Assembly (NCBI GenBank): GCA_048941285.1
Contig: JBHLNS010000060.1
Location: 1 to 17,825 of the forward strand
Reading direction: 5' to 3'
Source: Promethearchaeota archaeon
GTDB taxonomy: Archaea > Asgardarchaeota > Lokiarchaeia > Sigyniarchaeales > SOKP01
DNA length: 17,825 bases
Shown: positions 9,109-16,512 of the stretch, piece by piece
How the letters are laid out: each line of letters starts with the position of its first letter
Numbering within the stretch: the stretch's first letter is position 1
Program-made: the position numbers and the translations under genes
Notes under the pieces: generated by a model
What the model saw: the letters and a program-made list of their open reading frames with translations, nothing else
Database searches by the model: none
Told to the model about the DNA's origin: nothing

Positions 9109-9573
9109 TCATAGTTTTAATTCATAGAATCTGGCTTTCTCAAATGGATTGTAACGATACGGAGGAATTTCTTTAAATCCTAAAGAGATATATAAATTTA
9201 TTGCCTCTTTCATAAATGGTAAAGTATCTAATCGTATATATTTATATCCAAGTTCTTTTGCCCTATTAATAATTGATTTTGAGAGTTCTAATCCAATTTT
9301 CTTTCTTCGAAATTCTGGACGAACATAAAGGCGTTTCATTTCACATATTCCATTTTCAAAATATCTTAAACCTACACATCCAGCTAAGTTATCTTCAAAG
9401 TAAGCTAATAAAAGACAACCCTTTCGGATACTATAATATATTGAAAGCCACCTTAATTCCTGATCAAAGTTTTGAAAATTTAAGTCAATGTTTAAAGATT
9501 CTGCATATTCAATAAAAAGATTCCGCACTTGAGTCATTAAATCTTTACCATATGCCTTTCTGATTAGTATCAT
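9109..9573 (-). CDS. GNAT family N-acetyltransferase
   Basis: Acetyl-CoA-binding motif A (MKRLYVRPEFRRKKIG) and motif B (LDTLPFMKEAINLYISLGF). Confidence 0.93.
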   Translation of the reverse strand: MILIRKAYGKDLMTQVRNLFIEYAESLNIDLNFQNFDQELRWLSIYYSIRKGCLLLAYFEDNLAGCVGLRYFENGICEMKRLYVRPEFRRKKIGLELSKSIINRAKELGYKYIRLDTLPFMKEAINLYISLGFKEIPPYRYNPFEKARFYELKL

Positions 9574-9690
9574 AATTGAATCTTAAAGAAATTAAATAAT
9601 AACCTTTAATTGTTTAACCCATAAATTTATATAAACTTCCTTTATATTAAAAAAGAATACTTTAAATAAGAATTATCAATAGGAAAAATA

Positions 9691-10920
9691 ATGAATCATA
9701 ATATCCAAAAAAATCCTAAGAATTATTCAAAATGGCTTGAATTTATAATATTTTTACTATTTCTATTAGGTCCTTTAACTGGAAATATTATCAATGTTTT
9801 ATTCGCCGTTCTTTCTTCTTATTTTCATGTCTCCCCTGATAATATATTGATTGCTATTCCAGCATTTATGTTCCCATTTGCAATAATACAACTTTTCTCT
9901 GGCGCAATTTCTGATATTAAGGGTAGAATCCCCGTATTAATTACAGGTTTAGTAATATTCGCGATCGCAATGCTAACAGCTGCATTATCTTTAAACCTCC
10001 TGATGTATGTAATAGCAAATGTACTTGGAGGAATAGGTTTTGGTTTTATTAATCCTGTTCTCATAGCTTTAATGACAGATATTACATCTCCTCCACAGAT
10101 TGCTAAAAAAATGGGATATTTGGGAGCAAGTGCGAATTTAGGGGTTGGTTTTGGCCCTTTACTTGCCTCTCAAATGATTTTAATAGGTTGGCAGTCAATT
10201 TATGTATTATTTATCGTAATAACTTGCTTTTGTTTAGTATATTTTATTTTAGCTAGAAGACCTCCACAGAATATTTCAGTACAGTCAGGATTGCATACTT
10301 TTTTGTCTCAACTTTCAAAAGAATGGCGAAGAATTCCAGTTTTTCTAATGATATTATCTGCATTCTTTATCTCATATACATATATAGCAATTAACATCTG
10401 GACGTCTAAAACGCTAGCAGGAGTACTTGATCCAACAATAATAGGAGTTGTACTTTTTTTAGCAGGTTTTGGAGCTGCTATAACTGGAATTCTTACTGGG
10501 TTTTTAATAAAAATGAAAGGCGCTAGATTGCCTTTAATAATTGGCTCATTATTCTTATTTTCCTCACTTCTTATCCTGTTAATCATTGGAGATATTACAA
10601 TTCCAGAAAGATTCATACTTTTAGCTTCGGGTTGGGTTCTAGCTGGATTTTCAGGAGGAATACTTTTTACTACTATAACTTATTATAGTCAAATTTTGTC
10701 TCCTGAACGACGTGGTGCTCTAGCAGGATCATTGACTGCTAGTTATTTCACAGGTATTGCCCTAGTTCCAATGATACTTGCTCCATTTTCTGATAATTAT
10801 GGAATTACTGGAGTTTATATTGCTATACTGATTGCGTCTACTTTTTTTATAATAATCACATTTCTATTGTATATCTGTTCCAAAAGTATTGTTACAGAAA
10901 AACAGAATGCTCATAGTTGA
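9691..10920 (+). CDS. MFS transporter (drug/H+ antiporter-like)
   Basis: 409 aa with about 12 TM helices. Motif A GAISDIKGR and antiporter motif C-like GVGFGPLLA are present, with ERRGALAG in the C-terminal half. Confidence 0.92.
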   Translation: MNHNIQKNPKNYSKWLEFIIFLLFLLGPLTGNIINVLFAVLSSYFHVSPDNILIAIPAFMFPFAIIQLFSGAISDIKGRIPVLITGLVIFAIAMLTAALSLNLLMYVIANVLGGIGFGFINPVLIALMTDITSPPQIAKKMGYLGASANLGVGFGPLLASQMILIGWQSIYVLFIVITCFCLVYFILARRPPQNISVQSGLHTFLSQLSKEWRRIPVFLMILSAFFISYTYIAINIWTSKTLAGVLDPTIIGVVLFLAGFGAAITGILTGFLIKMKGARLPLIIGSLFLFSSLLILLIIGDITIPERFILLASGWVLAGFSGGILFTTITYYSQILSPERRGALAGSLTASYFTGIALVPMILAPFSDNYGITGVYIAILIASTFFIIITFLLYICSKSIVTEKQNAHS

Positions 10921-10966
10921 TTATAATATGCCTTTTATTAATCAAATTTCTAAATAAAGAGAATTT

Positions 10967-11125
10967 TTAATTCCTAAATTTTTTTTTAATTCGTTCTTCC
11001 TTTGTATCTAGAGCCTCTTTCTCATTTCGTATAATTCTAAAAATATCTCTTTTTTTCTCATCATTTTTAAAAGCCTCTTCAAGTTCTTCTTCTAATTCAT
11101 CATCATCGATGTCTTTATTATTCAC
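10967..11125 (-). CDS. uncalled 52-aa highly charged small protein
   Basis: GTG at 11125-11123 to TAA at 10969-10967 gives MNNKDIDDDELEEELEEAFKNDEKKRDIFRIIRNEKEALDTKEERIKKKFRN. It fills the MFS-cupin gap without overlap and has an A-rich BRE plus TTTAAA box about 25 nt upstream. Confidence 0.6.
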   Translation of the reverse strand: MNNKDIDDDELEEELEEAFKNDEKKRDIFRIIRNEKEALDTKEERIKKKFRN

Positions 11126-11171
11126 AAATTTTAAAAATTAAAAAAAAATTTAAATTTTTTTATTTGGGTGT

Positions 11172-11498
11172 TCAAGATTTTATCATTATTAGCATCATTT
11201 TGAATTTCTCTATTGCTTTTAATGCATGTGGTTCATTCGCAGGCATAATAATCATTTGACCACTTTTTAATCTAAATTTTTCATTTGAAATGGTTATTTC
11301 TGATTCTCCATCTAAAATATAAACGAGTGCGTCAAACGGAGCCGTGTGTTCACTTAAACTCTCTCCTTTATCAAATGAAAATAATGTTACGGTTCCAACA
11401 TCTTTATTAATTATTGCTCGACTAACTACAGATCCTTCTTGATAATCAAGTAAAGATCCTAAATTTAAGATATTCTTTTTGATATTTTGATTGTTCAT
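11172..11498 (-). CDS. cupin domain protein (Cupin_2 family)
   Basis: LSEHTAPFDALVYILDGE and GQMIIMPANEPHALKA cupin motifs. Confidence 0.92.
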   Translation of the reverse strand: MNNQNIKKNILNLGSLLDYQEGSVVSRAIINKDVGTVTLFSFDKGESLSEHTAPFDALVYILDGESEITISNEKFRLKSGQMIIMPANEPHALKAIEKFKMMLIMIKS

Positions 11499-11654
11499 AA
11501 ATTTCCCATTATATTATTTCAAATTATGTTATAATAATTAAAAAGCGGAATATGATTTAAATCTAAAACCGAACATGTTTAAAGAGTTAATATTTAACTA
11601 TTTATTATGTAAAGAATAGAACTTTTAGATTTTTATATCATATTATAAATATGT

Positions 11655-12104
11655 CTACATTTCTATGGGTATACGCCACTCTCTTCCACATTCACCGCAC
11701 TTATACTTTTTACCGTAAAGTCTCGGATAAGCACTTATGATGTGTGTTCTGTCAACATTTTCATAGATAAGAGCTTTATTAGTATTTCCACATATTGGGC
11801 ATTCTCTTCTTGACAATCCATCTACAATTTGTGCTTTTACCTTCTCAGATAGAACTGTATCTTGAGAAAATATGGAATTTGAAACAATTACTTCCTTCTC
11901 TAAACTAGGAATTTTTGTCTCATATTCAACTTGAGGTATTTCGATTTCCTTAATTGACTCACTTGAACCTAAAAGTGTTCTAATCTCTTCTTCTAACTTA
12001 ACAATTCTCATTTTTAAGCTCGCATTCTCATTCTTCAATTCTTTTATTAATTTTTCATATTCAATGAGAGTTGCATCCTTTTTATCAATATTTTCTTGGC
12101 TCAT
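11655..12104 (-). CDS. leucine-zipper-like coiled coil plus C-terminal zinc-ribbon protein
   Basis: N-terminal heptads (LIKELKNENASLKMRIVKLEEEIRTL), an acidic linker, and C-terminal CPICG...CGECGREW zinc ribbon. Confidence 0.85.
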   Translation of the reverse strand: MSQENIDKKDATLIEYEKLIKELKNENASLKMRIVKLEEEIRTLLGSSESIKEIEIPQVEYETKIPSLEKEVIVSNSIFSQDTVLSEKVKAQIVDGLSRRECPICGNTNKALIYENVDRTHIISAYPRLYGKKYKCGECGREWRIPIEM

Positions 12105-12354
12105 CTTCCTACAAGTTGGATATTAAATAATAGAAAATTGTAATTTTTCTCTAACAATATAATAGAGTTGGTATTAAAAAGTTTGAGGAATCTTAAAAAT
12201 TTCGAATGATAGTGAAAAATTGTTTAAATCCTTATTTTTTCAGTTCTCAATAAGTAAGGAAGAGAATAAGAGAGATCTTAATAAACAAAAAAGATTTTTA
12301 AACTTTTAATTTATTTATTTCTATAATATTAGAGTTTTCTAAATAGAGAGAGTT

Positions 12355-13197
12355 ATGCAATTATATAGTATAAGTGATAAAGGAGAATTAGTTGAGTTAG
12401 ATAAATTATTATTTGAAGAAAATGATGTTTATCTGATAGATGATGAGGAAAAGAATACAATTTATATTTGGGTGGGATTAGAAGTACCTCAACCAAAAAA
12501 GGATATAACCGCTGAAATTGCTCGAAAAATAGATAAAGAACGTGGGGGATCTATCAAAATTCTAATAATGAAGCAAAAAAGAGAATATGGATCCTTTTTA
12601 GCTATGATGCATAATTTGGAGAAGGGACTAATACCTGGTAAAACTGTTGAAAGAAGGCCAGAATTTGTATTTGAAACGCCCCCAGAGAGAATCAAATCGA
12701 TTGGTCTTAATGGAATTCCAGAAGAGAGAGAAATAAATATTGAGACAAGAATAAGACAATGGTTTCAGCAAATTCAAGCCCACCAAAGAATTGAACCTCC
12801 CAGAAAACCTCAAGAAGCCACTGATACTGTTAAATTCATTAGGTTTGAAAGCTCTAAAGAGAAAAAAGAAGGAAAAATTCAACCTCAAAAAGAAAAACCC
12901 GAAAAACAAATAGTCGACGAAGAACCAGAAACTACTCCAATTAAATTTCAAATTAGAGAAGCAGCATATTATTTTTCATTAAAAGGATATACTTATAACG
13001 AATTATGTTGGATTTTGGCTGAAAAAATTCAAAAAATTAATCTTGATATGCCTTCTATTGAAGATATTAAACAAAAGGCAGAGCAAGTATTCAATTCAAG
13101 CTGTACTTATGATGAATTATGTTGGTTGAATGCAGAAATGGATATTTTAACCAAAGAACGTTTTCTTGAAAAGGAATACAAGTCATTTAAATATTAA
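12355..13197 (+). CDS. single-domain gelsolin/villin-like protein with C-terminal duplicated helical domain (Asgard 1DGelX-like architecture)
   Basis: N-terminal NDVYLID...IYIWVG...long helix...IMKQKREYGSF matches the gelsolin repeat pattern (D-x-F/Y-I/L-L-D...I-Y/F-x-W-x-G...Q-G-x-E). A Pro/Glu/Lys-rich linker follows, then two copies of TYxELCWxxAE. Confidence 0.82.
   Translation: MQLYSISDKGELVELDKLLFEENDVYLIDDEEKNTIYIWVGLEVPQPKKDITAEIARKIDKERGGSIKILIMKQKREYGSFLAMMHNLEKGLIPGKTVERRPEFVFETPPERIKSIGLNGIPEEREINIETRIRQWFQQIQAHQRIEPPRKPQEATDTVKFIRFESSKEKKEGKIQPQKEKPEKQIVDEEPETTPIKFQIREAAYYFSLKGYTYNELCWILAEKIQKINLDMPSIEDIKQKAEQVFNSSCTYDELCWLNAEMDILTKERFLEKEYKSFKY
12991..13137 (+). repeat. intragenic duplication of TY(N/D)ELCWxxAE, period 114 nt (38 aa)
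   Basis: acttataacgaattatgttggattttggctgaa (12991-13023) versus acttatgatgaattatgttggttgaatgcagaa (13105-13137). Confidence 0.85.
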
Positions 13198-13376
13198 AAA
13201 TTGGCATAAGAATTCTAATTCTCTTTTATTTGATAGCATCTCTCAACTAAGAAACATTAAGAGAGATTTTAACTCATGTATTTGAACTTTTTTGCATAAA
13301 AAGCCTAGTCAATTTTAAATACTCTTTTTGATTTCTACTACCTACAAAACTTTAACAAAATTAACGTGAATTTTCA

Positions 13377-13958
13377 ATGGAAAATGAAGTAAGCGATGAA
13401 GTATTTTGGAAAAAGAAAATCAAAGAGTATTTTAAGACTTTTATTGTTATAATTATTGCTGGAGTATGCTTAATTATAGGTGCAGTTTTAGTATTCTTTT
13501 GGTTTATGTACACATCTCCTATCGGTGGACAGGGTTTATGGACTCTTGATCAATGGACGTTAATGCATCTAGTATGCTTTTGTATTCTACTCATTTTATG
13601 GGAATTATTATTTGTAGGATTACCTGCAGCATTATTCTTTGGTGTAGGAGGATATATCTGGTGGAGTAGATTATCAGAAGAAAAAAAGCAAGAATTTAGG
13701 GACAGAGAAAAGAAGAAAACACATAGAGCCAGAAATGCAGGTGGAGGTGGAGGTGGTACTGCTTTTATATTCATAGCCTATTGTATTTACATGGCGATCC
13801 TAGGTTATTATGATGTACCATTTGGCACTTATCGATATAGTTTTTGGATCGAACATTGGTTCTTTACAATAATGTGGATAATAATTGTATTAGGAATCCC
13901 TGCTTGTCTTATTCTACTTATTGTCTATCTCACAGTATGGCGTAAGAGAGCAAAATAA
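13377..13958 (+). CDS. four-TM membrane protein of unknown function with poly-Gly hinge
   Basis: Four hydrophobic segments, a central charged loop ending in NAGGGGGG, and a W-x5-G[LI]PA motif present twice. Confidence 0.85.
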   Translation: MENEVSDEVFWKKKIKEYFKTFIVIIIAGVCLIIGAVLVFFWFMYTSPIGGQGLWTLDQWTLMHLVCFCILLILWELLFVGLPAALFFGVGGYIWWSRLSEEKKQEFRDREKKKTHRARNAGGGGGGTAFIFIAYCIYMAILGYYDVPFGTYRYSFWIEHWFFTIMWIIIVLGIPACLILLIVYLTVWRKRAK

Positions 13959-13970
13959 TAATAATTACTA

Positions 13971-13982
13971 TTTTTTTTTTTT
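13971..13982 (+). terminator. oligo-T archaeal-type terminator candidate
   Basis: T12 run starting 13 nt after the stop at 13958. An A8 run at 14030-14037 directly follows the stop of the convergent gene on the other strand. Confidence 0.45.
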
Positions 13983-14037
13983 ATTTTCTGAATTTTATTA
14001 TAATAAATTAAGTTGAAAAGGAATAAATTAAAAAAAA

Positions 14038-16308
14038 TTATAGAAATTGCATTTTAGGCTGAAATACTTTCTTTTTCAATAAATGGAGAATTATTTCAGC
14101 TTCTTTTGCATAAAAACCTTTTCTAATAGAAAGCAGGTCAGTTACTGTGAAATAGTCTAAATTTTTCTTTTTCATTATTGTTTTGGCCCGATTGACCATC
14201 GACTTTTCGTCAGATTTTAATTTAACATCTTGTTTAACTGTCTGTAATGGATATATCAATGAAGTTTGCAAATGTTGCTCAAGCAAATCTCTTATTCCTG
14301 TGAAAGCGTCAATATTTCCTTTGAAATTTTCGATTTGATTCCCATATTTGTGATCAATATCATATGACAGATCTTTTATTGATTCTAAAAAATCTTGAGA
14401 AGGACTTTCTTTCATGATCAGTAAAATCCTGAAGCTTTTAAATTCTGACATTAAAACTTTAGATTTCTGATATTCCAACTTTATTGTTTGAGATTGCTCA
14501 TCAGCACCTGTAAGCTCAATTCCAAAAGTCCGAATTGCCTCCAAAAAGCCTGTAATTAGTGTCGCATCTATAGTCTTACTTGCCAAAATTTGTTCATAAA
14601 CATTTAATCCTGAATTTTTATGGATTATTATGAAATACTCAAGATTTAAAACATCCATATATTTATTGAATATAGTTTGTCTGTGTGCTTCATGCTTCCT
14701 TTTATTATTTTTAACCAATTTATATGTTGTAAAACTAAAAACTGAGATAAATGCAATTACTCCAACTATGGTAACTATTAGCATTGGATCTAAAACAAAT
14801 GGAATAATAATTTCGAAAGCTTGAGAAATGACTCCTGCCGCAGTTCTATTATGCCAAAAGATATAAGCTGTATAAGTTCCCTCATAAGGATGGTCTGAAA
14901 GTTGATAACTTAGCAATAAATCTTCAGTTTCAATTGTGTGTAATACAATTATATAGTCGGATTGAGCCGGAAAACCTAAAGGATTTATTAATCTAAAAGT
15001 TAGATTCCCAGGAAATATTGGCGCAATAACAGAGAATAGGATTTCTTGACCGCGACCGAATTCAGTTGTAGGCACATTTAAAGATAGACCTATATTTGGA
15101 GAATTTGCCGTTATCCTCCAATCTGCTCCCTCAATTATAGTGCTGTTTGATATAAAAACAAGACGATTTGTTGTATTTATAATAATTTGCGTTGATATAT
15201 CCTCCCAGCCACCGCCTGAATTCCTAAAGACTCTAACATTATACCAACCTTGAGGATATTTAAATTTGAATGAATAATTACTATAACATCTCTGAATATC
15301 AGGTTCAAAAGACCAAATATTTGCTAGATTCTCTTGTATTAACACATTTCCTGTTGTACTCAAATAATTTTGTATTTTAATATGATAACTTAGATTAAAT
15401 AAAAGTGATATTGAACGATTATTGATAACTGAAACATGAAAGATATCACTATTAGGAGATATTTTTTTTTTCAAAATGATGGTTCCATTTTCACTTATTT
15501 GATATAGAGAATCATCAATATTTAATGTCATATTTACTTCTTCCGGGCTGAATGATCTATCAACTCTTTGAATTATTTTGTATAATAAAGGTTCTCCTGT
15601 TGTTTCAACATTCCATTTTGACCCATCATATTTAGATGTATGTAGATTTTCATGAATAGAACTAGAGTCATTAAAATACCAATAATAAGCAGTTTTTTCA
15701 GAAGGTATCAATAGGGATCCATTTATCGTAAGATAGTACTGCCCCGGAGCAAGAGAAATCTCATTTTCAAAAGTTTGAAGATACCAATTAGGAATGGTAG
15801 AAATATTTATTAAAGTTGATCTCATAACGTTTCTAGTAGGTGTATGGGTAAGCCCATTATAACCCGTTAATTGGAAATATATTGGGATAGTTGGGGGGAT
15901 TACACTTCTAAAACCTAAAATGTAGGCACCAAATAGAATTGTTGGTTCTGTAATATTGAGTTGTACACCCCAACCTTTTAATCCATTGCCAATTGTTATT
16001 TTAGAACTACCATCACTAGAATCCTCAACAGTTTTTAGTTCCTTTCCTAGCTTAATATTTGTGAAGTTCATCTCAATATTAGTGATATTCCAGGACGCAG
16101 ATGGTAATTGAATATCAATCGAACTTAAATTTTCCTTATAGCTTAACTGTTCTGAAAATTCAGTAATTCTAAAATCTGAATAAGAATTCAGGGTATCATG
16201 ATTATTTTGAGCATATGAGGAATGAACCAAACTGAACAGGTTCAGAAATAGAAATGATAAAATTAATAATAAAGCAATAAAGTAATCTTTTTGAACCCTA
16301 ACTTTCAT
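14038..16308 (-). CDS. single-pass membrane protein: signal peptide, sequon-rich beta ectodomain, TM helix, cytoplasmic longin/roadblock-like domain
   Basis: N-terminal hydrophobic signal ending in SYA, about 470 aa of beta-rich ectodomain, then TM PMLIVTIVGVIAFISVFSFTTY followed by KLVKNNKRK. The cytoplasmic part YFIIIHKNSGLNVYEQ...DATLITGFLEAIRTFGIEL...KLEYQKSKVLMSEFKSFRILLIM fits a beta-beta-alpha-beta-beta-beta-alpha longin-like pattern. Confidence 0.85.
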   Translation of the reverse strand: MKVRVQKDYFIALLLILSFLFLNLFSLVHSSYAQNNHDTLNSYSDFRITEFSEQLSYKENLSSIDIQLPSASWNITNIEMNFTNIKLGKELKTVEDSSDGSSKITIGNGLKGWGVQLNITEPTILFGAYILGFRSVIPPTIPIYFQLTGYNGLTHTPTRNVMRSTLINISTIPNWYLQTFENEISLAPGQYYLTINGSLLIPSEKTAYYWYFNDSSSIHENLHTSKYDGSKWNVETTGEPLLYKIIQRVDRSFSPEEVNMTLNIDDSLYQISENGTIILKKKISPNSDIFHVSVINNRSISLLFNLSYHIKIQNYLSTTGNVLIQENLANIWSFEPDIQRCYSNYSFKFKYPQGWYNVRVFRNSGGGWEDISTQIIINTTNRLVFISNSTIIEGADWRITANSPNIGLSLNVPTTEFGRGQEILFSVIAPIFPGNLTFRLINPLGFPAQSDYIIVLHTIETEDLLLSYQLSDHPYEGTYTAYIFWHNRTAAGVISQAFEIIIPFVLDPMLIVTIVGVIAFISVFSFTTYKLVKNNKRKHEAHRQTIFNKYMDVLNLEYFIIIHKNSGLNVYEQILASKTIDATLITGFLEAIRTFGIELTGADEQSQTIKLEYQKSKVLMSEFKSFRILLIMKESPSQDFLESIKDLSYDIDHKYGNQIENFKGNIDAFTGIRDLLEQHLQTSLIYPLQTVKQDVKLKSDEKSMVNRAKTIMKKKNLDYFTVTDLLSIRKGFYAKEAEIILHLLKKKVFQPKMQFL

Positions 16309-16512
16309 ATATTATAACCAATTGTATTAAAAAAAAAATAAAACCATATTATTAAGTAATCTAGTAATGGTATAGTTATTTAAATCTTAATTAGATTCTC
16401 TAAAATTGTTCTAGAGTTCAGAACAATTAAAATATATTAAAATTTCTATTGACTAAACTCTTAATTCAAAATTTAAATCAATTAAGTTTTAAGATAAAGG
16501 ACTCAAATTGTC

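Noticed and set aside
3640-10616. Short opposite-strand ORFs 3640..3873, 5361..5648, 6296..6484, 6970..7158, 8037..8246, 9273..9515, 9825..10064, 10308..10616
   Set aside because: Each lies wholly inside a well-supported gene on the other strand, and composition mirrors the antisense codons.
11522-11599. Cluster of short palindromes upstream of the cupin (GATTTAAATC, AACATGTT, AGTTAA-N3-TTAACT)
   Set aside because: They differ from one another, are short and AT-rich, and are expected by chance at this base composition.
13238-13267. ATCTCTC...GAGAGAT inverted repeat after the gelsolin gene
   Set aside because: A 7-bp stem with a 16-nt loop is too weak to call a terminator or ncRNA.
12489-14824. 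ORFs 12489..12695, 12628..12951, 13550..13774 (poly-Pro) and 14630..14824
   Set aside because: Antisense shadows. The PPPPPP run is just the reverse complement of the Gly6 codons, so it is not a profilin-binding polyproline protein.
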